A DNA stretch of 64,000 nt, taken from assembly GCA_963663865.1 (NCBI GenBank), contig OY760686.1, forward strand, positions 672,001-736,000, read 5' to 3'. The position numbers and the translations under genes are program-made. This document shows, piece by piece, positions 28,138-38,895 of the stretch. The notes under the pieces are model-generated. The model saw only the letters and a program-made list of their open reading frames with translations. It did not search any database and was not told the DNA's origin. The stretch's first letter is position 1. Each line of letters opens with the position of its first letter. This DNA comes from Spirochaetota bacterium. Its GTDB lineage: Bacteria > Spirochaetota > UBA4802 > UBA5550.

Positions 28138-29388
28138 ATGGGAATAATGATTAAAATAAACGATATACTTGTAAAACCGGCCGGCCCGGACTGCAATCTC
28201 GGCTGCACCTACTGCTTTTATTCAGAAAAGATCGATATGTTTTCAGAAACCCGAAAGCACAGGATGGATGAAGCCGTATTGAAAACTATGATTCGTTCCT
28301 TCCTGATGGAAAGCGGACCCAACCCCTATATGGGCTGGCAGGGCGGTGAGCCGACATTAATGGGGCTCGACTTTTTTAAGAAGGCTGTTGAGTATCAAAA
28401 GCGCTTTGCACCTGAGAAAACCGTGATGAACGGGCTGCAGACAAACGGCGTCCTGCTGGACAGGAAGTGGGCCAGGTTTCTCAGAGATAATAACTTCCTT
28501 GTGGGGCTCTCTCTTGACGGGCCGCAGCATATCCACGATAAATACAGAAAGACAATTTCGGGAAACGGGACCTGGGAAAAGGTAAGATATAACGCAGAAA
28601 TGCTGATTCGCGCAGGCGTTAAGGTTAACGCCATGACAGTTGTGAACGACTATTCGGTGAACTACCCTGATGAAATATATGAACATCTGAAGGAGACCGG
28701 GTTCAGGCATATGCAGTACATTCCCTGTGTTGAGAAGGGGAAAGACGGCAGGCCTGTCGATTTTAGTGTTCCATCAGAAGGTTATGGTGAGTTTCTTTGC
28801 TCAATATTTGACAGGTGGATAGACGATTTTGACAACGATATACCCTCGGTCTCTGTCCGACTGTTTGATGTTCTTTTTTACTACTATGTTGGGAAGGCTA
28901 TTCCCGAATGCACATATCAAAGGGAGTGCGGTCAATACCTTGTTGTTGAACACAATGGGAACGTCTATCCATGCGATTTCTTTGTTAGTGAGGAACACTA
29001 CCTCGGCAATATTATGGAGACTTCAATCGGAAGACTGATAAATTCAGAAAAGCAGCGGACTTTCGGGGCGGAAAAAGCCCTGCTTCCGGAAGAATGCTCC
29101 GAGTGTAAATGGCTCAATATTTGCCATGGGGGGTGCATGAAGGACAGAGTGAGCGTAGAGGGCTCTGTGCCGGCAAATCATCTCTGCAAGGGATATAAGA
29201 TTTTCTTTGAACATGCGGATGAAAAGTTCAAAGAAAATGCCCGGATATGGAAAGAAAAGCGAAATAAAGAGGTCAAAAAGATGGTTGAGCTTAATGATGT
29301 TATGGGGACTGCATCTCCGGGAAGGAATGACCCCTGTCCATGCGGAAGCGGACGCAAGTTTAAAAAGTGCTGCGGCTCACAGGTCTGA
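28138..29388 (+). CDS. Anaerobic sulfatase maturase (radical SAM/SPASM) with C-terminal SEC-C motif
   Basis: KP..CNLGCTYC, WQGGEPTL, GNVYPCD, CSECKWLNICHGGC; GRNDPCPCGSGRKFKKCC. Confidence 0.95.
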   Translation: MGIMIKINDILVKPAGPDCNLGCTYCFYSEKIDMFSETRKHRMDEAVLKTMIRSFLMESGPNPYMGWQGGEPTLMGLDFFKKAVEYQKRFAPEKTVMNGLQTNGVLLDRKWARFLRDNNFLVGLSLDGPQHIHDKYRKTISGNGTWEKVRYNAEMLIRAGVKVNAMTVVNDYSVNYPDEIYEHLKETGFRHMQYIPCVEKGKDGRPVDFSVPSEGYGEFLCSIFDRWIDDFDNDIPSVSVRLFDVLFYYYVGKAIPECTYQRECGQYLVVEHNGNVYPCDFFVSEEHYLGNIMETSIGRLINSEKQRTFGAEKALLPEECSECKWLNICHGGCMKDRVSVEGSVPANHLCKGYKIFFEHADEKFKENARIWKEKRNKEVKKMVELNDVMGTASPGRNDPCPCGSGRKFKKCCGSQV

Positions 29389-29408
29389 TAGTTTATGGAG
29401 GGTTTTAT

Positions 29409-29855
29409 ATGAAATATGTTCATGTTATTATGGCGGCTTTTTTGATTGCCTCACTGGGCTGTTCAAAAGAAAAGCATCAATCGGCAGTTGATGACAGACA
29501 GAAAAAAACTGAACTGACATCTTCTACAGCAATGCATAGCGCTGCCATGTCAGGGGATATACAGGCAGTCAGAGCCCTAATTAAAGAAGGCGCCGATGTG
29601 GACCGCCCTCTTGAGAATGGGAATACAGCGCTGATGCTGGCTGCGTATAAGGGTAATCCTGCGATTGCAGAGCTTCTGATAAAAAGCGGCGCTCATGTGA
29701 ATAAAGTAAACATGTATAATCAGAATGCCCTGACGTACGCCGCAAGCGGTGATTCTGTTGAGACATATTACACAATTGTGAGAAAGATACTATACGTTAT
29801 CCTGCCGAAAACGGAATCAATATCACTTTTAGTAATTTATTATTTACTTGATTGA
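29409..29855 (+). CDS. Ankyrin-repeat lipoprotein, probably 3' truncated
   Basis: Lipobox SLGC; TAMHSAA, GNTALMLAA, NALTYAA repeats; third repeat breaks off after SVET near 29765. Confidence 0.75.
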   Translation: MKYVHVIMAAFLIASLGCSKEKHQSAVDDRQKKTELTSSTAMHSAAMSGDIQAVRALIKEGADVDRPLENGNTALMLAAYKGNPAIAELLIKSGAHVNKVNMYNQNALTYAASGDSVETYYTIVRKILYVILPKTESISLLVIYYLLD

Positions 29856-30060
29856 AAATGTAAATTGAGTATATTACACTTGATGTGATTACGACACTAT
29901 ACCATATCATTTTCCCACTCTTCCCAGATTCCATGTATTATATTTTAAACATACACATCTATTGGCTTTTTTACTTGGGGAAGGGAACAATCTCGATTTA
30001 AGTTTTTTCAAATAAAAATGCACGGGCACAATTCGAAACATTTCCGACTTTATAAAACTA

Positions 30061-33000
30061 TTGTTATATTTATTTGGAGGTAATTGTATCGTAAATTATG
30101 AAAAGGAAGAACCGTTTCGATCGGAGCTTTACAGCTCGGAGCAGATGAACCGTTATGGCGAGGTAGTAGCACGGTCACATAAATTGTTAAAAGCAAAAAC
30201 CAGGGATCTGCTCTTGAAACGTCTCGATGTTAACGAAGAAAAATTGATTGGAGTGCGTGGAGCGCTGATCAAAAACATACGATCCGGGAAAACCATCACC
30301 CCCGCTGCAGAATGGCTTCTTGATAATTATTACTTGATTGAAGAACAAATAGTTATTGCAAGGAAGCATTTACCGAAAGGATACAGCGAAGGATTACCGT
30401 GTCTTGCTGCTGGTGCTTCGTGTGGCATGCTGCGCGTTTATGACATCATTCTTGAAATAATTTCACATAGTGATGGGAGAGTTGACATAAAAAGTCTCAG
30501 TACTTTCATTGCTGCATATCAGAAATACACAGTATTAACACTTGGTGAATTATGGGCAATACCGATAATGCTGCGTCTAGCTGTTATCGAAAACCTGCGC
30601 AGGGTTTCAGAAAAAATATCTGAAGATATGATTGCTAATAACCTGGCGGATTATTGGGCCGAAAAAATGATAGCAACAGTAAAAGAGAATCCTGCTGATC
30701 TGATCCTGGTAGTTGCCGACATGGCAAGGTCAAAACCTGTTTTGTCAGGATCTTTTGTCGCCACCTTAATAAGAGAACTGCAGGGGAAGGGGCCGGCACT
30801 GTCATTACCGCTTAGCTGGATGGAACAACAATTATCCGGCATGGTTGTCAACAGTAATGATCTGGTTCGTCAGGAGAATCAGAAACAGGCTGCTGACCAG
30901 GTTTCAATTCGCAATAGTATTGGTACATTGCGGTTACTCAGTGCAACAGACTGGCGCGAATTTGTCGAAAACTTGAGTAGTGTCGAGCGGGTGCTGCGCC
31001 AGGATGACATATATCCGTTGATGGATTTCGACACGCGCGATAGATATCGGCATGTGGTTGAATCCATTTCCAAAGCCAGTCCTTTTTCTGAAACGGAAGT
31101 TGCGCAGAAGGCAATTGATCTGACAATAAAACAAAGCAGATCAGGGCATAAAGAGAAACGGCAGGAGCATGTTGGTTTTTACCTCGTTGATAAAGGAGTA
31201 ACGCAGACCGAAGAGGCCGCAGGCATGCGTTATTCTCTCAGGCAGAAGCTGATTCGTGGAGCTAAACGTTCACCATTTGTTTTTTATTCCGGATTTATAA
31301 TTTTTTTAACATTGGCAGCTGCGTCAGGTATGTGTTTCATCGCATACAAATATGGTATTCGCAGCAGTCTGTTATTGATTCTGGTTGGGGTGCTTTCTGT
31401 TTTATGCAGTTCACAAATGGCCGTTTCTATTATTAACTGGCTCTCTACTATTTTTGTGAAACCGGAACTTTTACCAAGGATGGATTTTTCAGGTCATATC
31501 CCTCCTGAATATAGCACGCTTGTAGTTGTTCCTACAATGCTTACCTCCAAGTCTTATATCGATTACCTGCTTGAGGCTCTTGAAATAAGGTTTCTTGCCA
31601 ATAGAAAAGCAAATCTGTATTTTGGATTATTGACCGATTTTGCGGACGCAGACACGGAAATAACATCAGAAGACGATGAATTGCTGCAATTGGCCAGTAA
31701 CGGTATTAAATTATTAAATGTGAAATATAAAGAGCAGAATAATGACATTTTCTTTTTATTTCATCGCTCGAGAAAGTGGAATGCAGCAGAAAAAAAGTGG
31801 ATGGGGTACGAGAGGAAAAGAGGGAAAATATCGGTACTTAACGCATTAATTATGGGAAAGAGTTATAATGATTTTTCATTGGTTATCGGAGAATATAGTA
31901 TAATAAAACGGGTAAAATATGTAATAACCCTGGATTCGGATACCCAGTTCCCAATGGATGCTGCGTGGAAATTAATCGCAACAATGGCCCATCCTCTGAA
32001 CCAGGCTGTTTACAATCTGAAGAAAAAGCGTGTAACTGAAGGATATGGCATTTTGCAGCCCAGAATTGATTCGGCAGTAGCCAGAGTTCCGGTCTCCCGG
32101 TATTTGCGCATGCATGGTAGCGTTTCCGGAATCGACCCTTATACCCGTGTTTCTTCGGATGTATATCAGGATCTTTTCGGCGAAGGTTCGTTTATAGGCA
32201 AAGGCATTTATGATGTGGATGTATTTGAAAAATCGGTGGGTAATGTTTTTCCGGAAAATCGTATTTTAAGTCACGATCTATTGGAAGGATGTTACTCCCG
32301 CTCCGGATTAATAAGCGATGTTTTTTTGTACGAAGATAATCCATCACAATATATTACTGATGTAAAACGCCATCACAGATGGATAAGAGGGGACTGGCAG
32401 GCCGGTTTATGGATGATGCCTTTTGTTGTATCAGCGGACGGTCATTTAATACTTAACCATCTTTCCGCATTATCAAGATGGAAAATTTTTGATAATCTCC
32501 GCAGGAGTCTATTACCTCTATCTTTATTTCTTTTTTTGGTAATGGGTTGGTCTGTACTGCCTTTGCCTCTGTTTTGGACATTATCACTTGCAGTAATCAT
32601 TTTATCGCCTAGATTATTGGCTGCTTTCTGGCAAATAATGCATAAATCCGCTGATCAGACTTTTGGAACACACTTTTTTGAAGCATTCATTTTGATGGGG
32701 AATCAGTTGTTCAGTTTTATTTTTGCTGTTTCTGTGCTCCCATATGAGGCATTTGCTTATTCTGGTGCCGCAATACTGTCTGTCTGGCGGATGGTTGTGA
32801 CACGTAAAAAACTCCTTGAATGGGCCCCCTCAGCATCGGTTTCACGTGATAAAAGTAGCAGTTTAGCTGAAATATTTTATTCTATGGCAATAGCTCCTTT
32901 AACAGCACTGTTCTGTACAGGGTTCCTATTATATGTCAATTCAACAATTCTCTATATAATTTCTCCAATAATTATATTATGGTTATTGGCTCCTGTCATG

Positions 33001-36000
33001 GTTTGGTCAGTGAGTAAAGCTGAAGCTGAAGAAAATACAAATCTTCCTGAGGAGCAAACTCTGTACCTCCACAGAATTGCCCGGAAAACATGGTACTTTT
33101 TCGAACGTTTTGTGACAGAAGAGGACAACTGGCTGCCGCCTGATAATTATCAGGAACAACCAGTTGCAGCTATAGCTCATCGTACATCACCAACCAATAT
33201 GGGCCTCGGATTACTTGCCAATCTTACTGCCTATGATTTCGGTTATATTCCGGGTGGTGAACTTGTAATTCGATGTTATAATACATTGCAATCCATGAGT
33301 AAGCTGGAACGATACAAGGGGCATTTTTATAACTGGTACGACACTTTGTCATTACTACCGCTGCATCCAATGTATGTTTCAACAGTCGACAGCGGGAATC
33401 TTACAGCCCATTTGCTTACCCTGCGGCAGGGACTTTTAAGCGTTCCTGACGCTCCAATTTTCAGTGCAAAGGTTTATTGCGGGATAGAAACTACAGTCAG
33501 AATAATGCGTGAATTTTCTGATCTTGAGACTATCAGAATTACAAAACAGATGCTGGCTGTACTTGATTCAGCAAAAAAAGATGTCAGCTCACTGAGTGGC
33601 ATAAAAAAGAATATAGATCAACTTATCTTTCTTGCTGATAAAATTTCACCAGCGGGAGAATTCAGAACAGATTTAGGACAATGGATTAACAGGCTTTTTC
33701 TGCAGATAAATACCATTTACGACGATCTGACTTATATTCTCCCATGGATAGACTTATTACCTGTTCCTGCCGAACTTGCTCAGATTGTTGGAGCCGACAA
33801 TATTCCTTCACTTCTGTCCATTTTGACAATGACAGACATTCTACAGGAATTTGAACATTCTGAACATGAGATTAACCTTTCGGATGGATCGGATGCAAAG
33901 GAATGGTTAATCAGGATGCGTGCCGCTCTTGCGGAGGGGCACAGCCGTGCTTCTGCAAGGATTTCTCTTTTGGAAGAACTTGCAGAAGAGTGTGAGCAGA
34001 TGAGTGACTCAGATTATGACTTCCTGTTTGATAAAACAACAAATCTTCTCAGAATAGGCTATAATGTTGACGAGCAGAAAAAAGACGACAGTTATTATGA
34101 TATGTTGGCATCTGAAGCCCGACTGGGAATTTTCGCTGGCATAGCACTTGGGAAGCTGCCGCAGAAAAGCTGGTTTGCTCTCGGCCGTCTATTGACCAAT
34201 TCCGCAGGAGACCCTATATTACTGTCCTGGAGCGGGTCGATGTTTGAATATCTGATGCCGCAGCTTGTAATGCCATCTTATGTAAACACTTTGCTCTACC
34301 AGACCTGTAAATCAACTGTAAAAAGACAAATAGAGTATGCCGGCCAGCATAAAATACCCTGGGGTATTTCAGAATCCGCATATAATATGTTCGACTCAAA
34401 TCTTAATTATCAATATCGTGGATTTGGTGTTCCAAGACTGGGACTTAAACGTGGTCTGGAAGACGATCTCGTGATAGCACCTTATGCTTCCATGATGGCA
34501 CTGATGATATCACCGGCAAAGGCATGTCTGAACATGCAAGTTCTCTCCAGAGAGGGTTTTGAGGGAGAATACGGTTTTTTTGAATCTATCGATTATACTG
34601 CCAGTCGCCTACCGTTGGGCATGACTCATAGCGTTATCCGATCCTATATGGTTCATCATCAAGGCATCGGATTCCTGTCACTGGCTTATCTACTGCTCAA
34701 CAAACCTATGCAAAAAAGGTTTGTATCTGAACTTCGCTTTCAGGCAGCTTTACTGTTGCTCCAGGAGCGTATCCCGAGGGCAACATTCTTTTACGCACAT
34801 CCCGCAGGTCTTATAGAAACACATGCTGCGACAAAAGAAGCTCAAATACGGAAAATTACAACAACGACTACTTCGATTCCAGAGATTCAGCTTTTGAGTA
34901 ATGGCCGGTATCAGGTAATGATAACAAACTCGGGCGGTGGTTATAGCCGTTGGAAAGATATTGCTGTTAATCGGTGGCGGGAAGATGCCACTCGGGATGA
35001 CAGGGGGATTTTCTGTTATATTAAGGACATCAAAAGCGGTAATTTCTGGTCTAATACGTATCAGCCGACTTTAAAAACTCCCTCTGATTATGAGGTAATC
35101 TATTCGCAGGGACGTGTGGAATTTCGCAGAAAAGATCACGGAATTGACATAAAAACTGAAATTGTTATCTCTCCTGAAGATGATATTGAGTTGAGAAGGG
35201 TTAGGGTAACTAATCGATCTTTGTCGACTAGAGTCATGGAGATAACGAGTTATGTTGAAATAGTGATGGCCAGCCAGTCTTCTGATGAGTCACATCCAGC
35301 ATTCAGCAATCTTTTTGTACAGACAGAAGTTATGCCCGAACACAATGCTATTTTTTGTACACGTCGACCGAGATCTGCTCTTGAAAATCCTCCATGGATG
35401 TTCCACCTCATGGATGTACATGGAGTCGATGTTGAAAGCATATCTTATGAAACAGACCGTATGCGATTTATTGGAAGAGGTAAAACACTGATTCATCCTC
35501 AGGCTATGGATACTGAATTACTTTCCGGTAGCGATGGATCTGTGCTTGATCCCATTATGTCCATTCGGTGTCGGATCAGGCTCAAGCCCAATGAGACAGC
35601 CGTGCTTGACCAGGTTTACGGGATAAGTGATTCAAAAAAATCATGTGAAATATTGATGCACAAGTATCAGGATCGCCATCTTAAAAATCGTGCTTTTGAA
35701 CTTTCCTGGACACATAGTCATGTGATGCTGCGTCAGATTAATGCAAGTGAGGCGGATGCTCAGTTGTACAACCGCCTGGCAGCTTCAATTATTTATGCCA
35801 ACCCCAATATGCGCGCGCAAGAGTCAGTTATCATTAATAATTTAAGAGGACAATCCGGATTGTGGAGTCATTCGGTTTCTGGTGATCTGCCTATAGTATT
35901 GCTGCAGGTCTTTACCTCAGAAAATATGGAACTTGTAAAACAAATGGTTCAGGCGCATGCATATTGGCGTCTGAAAGGATTGGCTGTAGACCTTGTAATA

Positions 36001-38721
36001 TGGAATGAAGACCATGGATCTTACCGACAGCTTTTACATGATCAGATTCTCGGGCTGACCACTTCGCGGAATGCAGAGAATCCAACTCATGGGACGCCGG
36101 GGAATATTTATGTTAAATCCACCGATCAGTTGTCAGCAGAAGACCGTATACTTTTTGAAAGTGCTGCACGTGTAATAATTCATGACACAGATGGCACTTT
36201 ATCCGAATTTGTGAGCAAACTTTATATAGAAAAAGTATTGCCACCTTTACTGGAAACGAAATCATCTGAAGCAGACGAGAAACTAAGTTCAGTATTCCTG
36301 CCCGATGATCTTTTATTTTTTAATGGTTGTGGCGGATTTACACCGGATGGCAAAGAGTATAAAATAATAACGAATAGAAATGAAACTACCCCCGCACCAT
36401 GGGTTAATGTTATTGCAAATTCTGAATTTGGCACTGTTGTCTCTGAGAGCGGTTCAGCCTATACCTGGGCTGTCAATGCTCATGAATATCGCATTACCCC
36501 CTGGAGCAATGACCCAGTTAGTGATGAGGGAGGTGAAGCCTTTTATATACGTGACGAAGAGACTGGTCATTTCTGGTCACCATCATTATTTCCTGCAAAA
36601 GGTGTAACTCCTTATATTACAACACATGGCTTTGGATATACCAGTTTTGAACATGTTGAAGAAGGTATCTCTTCAAGAATGTGTGTCTCTGTGGACAAGG
36701 TGCTACCGGTTAAATTTGTTGTTTTGAACATAAAAAATGATTCAGGATACGAGCGGAAACTATCCATAACGGGGTTTCTTGAAATCATTCTTGGTGATGT
36801 CCGTTCCAAAACAAATATGCATATTGTTTCCGAGATGGATGTTGACAGCGGAGCTTTGATCCTTAAGAACAGGTACAATTCTGCATTTGCTGACCGCGTT
36901 GCCTTTTTTAAAGTAGATATGCCATATCAGAGTTTTACAACAGACCGTTCCGAATTTATCGGTAGAAACAGAAATACTGCTGATCCTCAGGCCATGTACA
37001 GAAAGAAGCTTTCGGGCAGGAGCGGTGCCGGCATAGATCCATGTGCCGCATTGCGCGTAAAATTTAATCTGCTCGACGGAGCTGAAAAAGAAATAGTATT
37101 TCAGATCGGAAATGAAGAAAATCATGCAACAGCAAGTTCTCTGATTGAAAAATTGGCAGAGAAGGAGATGGCCATATCGTCCCTGAATGGTGTAAAAGAA
37201 TACTGGGAAACGGTACTAGGCAGTGTGCAGGTAAACACTCCTGATCCATCACTTAATATTATGGCAAACGGCTGGCTTCTCTATCAGACTTTGGCTTGCA
37301 GAATTTTCGCCCGAAGCGGTTTTTATCAGTCTGGGGGAGCTTTCGGATTTAGAGATCAGCTGCAGGATGTACTTGCTTTGCTGCATACAAGACCTGAAGT
37401 GGCGCACGACCAGATACTATTAAATGCTTCGAGACAATTTTCAGAAGGTGATGTGCAGCACTGGTGGCATCCCCCAGAAGGGAGGGGAGTTCGTACACAT
37501 TGTTCTGATGATCTCCTGTGGCTTCCTTTTGCAGTTTCAAAGTATATTTCCACGACTGGAGATAAAACGATTTTGGATAAACCCGCAGGCTTTCTCGAGG
37601 GCCGGTTGCTGAATGATAATGAAGATTCACTATATGACCTTCCTATGCGTGGGAATCTTAACGGGACATTGTATGAACATTGTGTTCGTGCAATAAAACA
37701 CAGCTGTAATTTCGGGAAACACGGTTTACCGCTTATAGGATCCGGTGACTGGAATGATGGGATGGATCAGGTCGGAAATAAAGGCCTTGGTGAAAGTGTC
37801 TGGCTGGCTTTTTTTCTCTATGATGTATTGTTGAGTTTTGCCGATGTTGCAGATGCTTATAGTGATAACCTATTTGCTGAAATATGCGCAAATGAAGCAG
37901 CAGTCCTTAGATCAAATATTGACATTTCAGGTTGGGATGGGCAATGGTACATGCGAGCATATTTTGATGATGGAACACCGCTGGGTTCAAAAATAAATGA
38001 TGAGTGCAGAATTGATGCTATTGCCCAAAGCTGGTCTGTTTTATCGGGTGCAGCTGATGAAGAAAAAGCAATCATAGCGATGTCATCTCTTTATAAACAC
38101 CTTGTTAAAAAAGATATGAAACTTATTCAGCTACTTGATCCGCCGTTTGACAAGAATGGGCCTAATCCGGGTTATATTCGAGGCTATTCGCCAGGTATTA
38201 GGGAAAATGGCGGACAATATTCTCATGGTGCGGTATGGGCACTCATGGCCTTCGCATTGCTTGGAGATAGAGTAAAGGTCTGGGAGCTATTCAGTATGAT
38301 CAATCCATTAAACCATTCGTCTGATTCTGTAAGTATGAAAAAATATAAGATTGAACCGTATGTTATGGCAGCAGATGTTTATGCAAGTAAATCACAGGAA
38401 GGAATGGGGGGGTGGTCTTGGTATACAGGCTCCTCAGGCTGGATGTATCAGTTTATCACCGGATACTTATTAGGTTTGCAATTACAGACCAATCTGTTGA
38501 AATTCAGTCCGTGTTTCCCCATGGAATGGCCATCGGTCTCAATAGTATATTGTTTTGGGAAATCAAGTTACAGGATTACACTTTTTCAGATAATAGATAA
38601 AGATTCCTGGTGGGAAATGGATGGCAAGCATGGCAGGGGCAGTGTTATCGAACTCACTGATGATGGCCTCGAACATGAAGCAGCGGTACATTATTGCTGT
38701 GCACCTGACTTTAAATCCTAA
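30061..38721 (+). CDS. ndvB: Cyclic beta-1,2-glucan synthase (Cgs/NdvB/ChvB; GT84 + GH94 phosphorylase-like)
   Basis: 2886 aa; EWLLDNYY, GYERKRGK, TLDSDT, LSHDLLEG, RWIRGDWQ, RTSPTN, QSGGAFGFRDQLQD, GDWNDG, RENGGQYSH. Exact start uncertain. Confidence 0.95.
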   Translation: MLYLFGGNCIVNYEKEEPFRSELYSSEQMNRYGEVVARSHKLLKAKTRDLLLKRLDVNEEKLIGVRGALIKNIRSGKTITPAAEWLLDNYYLIEEQIVIARKHLPKGYSEGLPCLAAGASCGMLRVYDIILEIISHSDGRVDIKSLSTFIAAYQKYTVLTLGELWAIPIMLRLAVIENLRRVSEKISEDMIANNLADYWAEKMIATVKENPADLILVVADMARSKPVLSGSFVATLIRELQGKGPALSLPLSWMEQQLSGMVVNSNDLVRQENQKQAADQVSIRNSIGTLRLLSATDWREFVENLSSVERVLRQDDIYPLMDFDTRDRYRHVVESISKASPFSETEVAQKAIDLTIKQSRSGHKEKRQEHVGFYLVDKGVTQTEEAAGMRYSLRQKLIRGAKRSPFVFYSGFIIFLTLAAASGMCFIAYKYGIRSSLLLILVGVLSVLCSSQMAVSIINWLSTIFVKPELLPRMDFSGHIPPEYSTLVVVPTMLTSKSYIDYLLEALEIRFLANRKANLYFGLLTDFADADTEITSEDDELLQLASNGIKLLNVKYKEQNNDIFFLFHRSRKWNAAEKKWMGYERKRGKISVLNALIMGKSYNDFSLVIGEYSIIKRVKYVITLDSDTQFPMDAAWKLIATMAHPLNQAVYNLKKKRVTEGYGILQPRIDSAVARVPVSRYLRMHGSVSGIDPYTRVSSDVYQDLFGEGSFIGKGIYDVDVFEKSVGNVFPENRILSHDLLEGCYSRSGLISDVFLYEDNPSQYITDVKRHHRWIRGDWQAGLWMMPFVVSADGHLILNHLSALSRWKIFDNLRRSLLPLSLFLFLVMGWSVLPLPLFWTLSLAVIILSPRLLAAFWQIMHKSADQTFGTHFFEAFILMGNQLFSFIFAVSVLPYEAFAYSGAAILSVWRMVVTRKKLLEWAPSASVSRDKSSSLAEIFYSMAIAPLTALFCTGFLLYVNSTILYIISPIIILWLLAPVMVWSVSKAEAEENTNLPEEQTLYLHRIARKTWYFFERFVTEEDNWLPPDNYQEQPVAAIAHRTSPTNMGLGLLANLTAYDFGYIPGGELVIRCYNTLQSMSKLERYKGHFYNWYDTLSLLPLHPMYVSTVDSGNLTAHLLTLRQGLLSVPDAPIFSAKVYCGIETTVRIMREFSDLETIRITKQMLAVLDSAKKDVSSLSGIKKNIDQLIFLADKISPAGEFRTDLGQWINRLFLQINTIYDDLTYILPWIDLLPVPAELAQIVGADNIPSLLSILTMTDILQEFEHSEHEINLSDGSDAKEWLIRMRAALAEGHSRASARISLLEELAEECEQMSDSDYDFLFDKTTNLLRIGYNVDEQKKDDSYYDMLASEARLGIFAGIALGKLPQKSWFALGRLLTNSAGDPILLSWSGSMFEYLMPQLVMPSYVNTLLYQTCKSTVKRQIEYAGQHKIPWGISESAYNMFDSNLNYQYRGFGVPRLGLKRGLEDDLVIAPYASMMALMISPAKACLNMQVLSREGFEGEYGFFESIDYTASRLPLGMTHSVIRSYMVHHQGIGFLSLAYLLLNKPMQKRFVSELRFQAALLLLQERIPRATFFYAHPAGLIETHAATKEAQIRKITTTTTSIPEIQLLSNGRYQVMITNSGGGYSRWKDIAVNRWREDATRDDRGIFCYIKDIKSGNFWSNTYQPTLKTPSDYEVIYSQGRVEFRRKDHGIDIKTEIVISPEDDIELRRVRVTNRSLSTRVMEITSYVEIVMASQSSDESHPAFSNLFVQTEVMPEHNAIFCTRRPRSALENPPWMFHLMDVHGVDVESISYETDRMRFIGRGKTLIHPQAMDTELLSGSDGSVLDPIMSIRCRIRLKPNETAVLDQVYGISDSKKSCEILMHKYQDRHLKNRAFELSWTHSHVMLRQINASEADAQLYNRLAASIIYANPNMRAQESVIINNLRGQSGLWSHSVSGDLPIVLLQVFTSENMELVKQMVQAHAYWRLKGLAVDLVIWNEDHGSYRQLLHDQILGLTTSRNAENPTHGTPGNIYVKSTDQLSAEDRILFESAARVIIHDTDGTLSEFVSKLYIEKVLPPLLETKSSEADEKLSSVFLPDDLLFFNGCGGFTPDGKEYKIITNRNETTPAPWVNVIANSEFGTVVSESGSAYTWAVNAHEYRITPWSNDPVSDEGGEAFYIRDEETGHFWSPSLFPAKGVTPYITTHGFGYTSFEHVEEGISSRMCVSVDKVLPVKFVVLNIKNDSGYERKLSITGFLEIILGDVRSKTNMHIVSEMDVDSGALILKNRYNSAFADRVAFFKVDMPYQSFTTDRSEFIGRNRNTADPQAMYRKKLSGRSGAGIDPCAALRVKFNLLDGAEKEIVFQIGNEENHATASSLIEKLAEKEMAISSLNGVKEYWETVLGSVQVNTPDPSLNIMANGWLLYQTLACRIFARSGFYQSGGAFGFRDQLQDVLALLHTRPEVAHDQILLNASRQFSEGDVQHWWHPPEGRGVRTHCSDDLLWLPFAVSKYISTTGDKTILDKPAGFLEGRLLNDNEDSLYDLPMRGNLNGTLYEHCVRAIKHSCNFGKHGLPLIGSGDWNDGMDQVGNKGLGESVWLAFFLYDVLLSFADVADAYSDNLFAEICANEAAVLRSNIDISGWDGQWYMRAYFDDGTPLGSKINDECRIDAIAQSWSVLSGAADEEKAIIAMSSLYKHLVKKDMKLIQLLDPPFDKNGPNPGYIRGYSPGIRENGGQYSHGAVWALMAFALLGDRVKVWELFSMINPLNHSSDSVSMKKYKIEPYVMAADVYASKSQEGMGGWSWYTGSSGWMYQFITGYLLGLQLQTNLLKFSPCFPMEWPSVSIVYCFGKSSYRITLFQIIDKDSWWEMDGKHGRGSVIELTDDGLEHEAAVHYCCAPDFKS

Positions 38722-38760
38722 AATTCAGGACCTGGACGCTCCGAATGTCCTCACTGATTT

Positions 38761-38812
38761 TTTTGTACGCCAAAGGCTCTCCGAAAAAAACAGAGGGTTT
38801 TTGGCGTACAAA
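38761..38812. repeat. Long inverted repeat directly 3' of tRNA-Arg
   Basis: tttgtacgccaaa ... tttggcgtacaaa arms; lies between convergent ndvB and tRNA. Confidence 0.65.
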
Positions 38813-38814
38813 TG

Positions 38815-38888
38815 CGCGTCCGGAAGGATTCGAACCTTCGACCTACGGATTCGTAGTCCGGCACTCTATCCAGCTGAGCTACGGACGC
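38815..38888 (-). tRNA. tRNA-Arg (ACG)
   Basis: Acceptor GCGTCCG/CGGACGC, anticodon loop CT-ACG-AA, GGTTCGAATCC T arm; no encoded CCA. Confidence 0.97.
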
Positions 38889-38895
38889 ATATATG

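Noticed and set aside
29700-30060. attL/attR duplicate of the tRNA-Arg 3' end
   Set aside because: No copy seen by eye at the left junction and no integrase in the window, so no integrative element is called.
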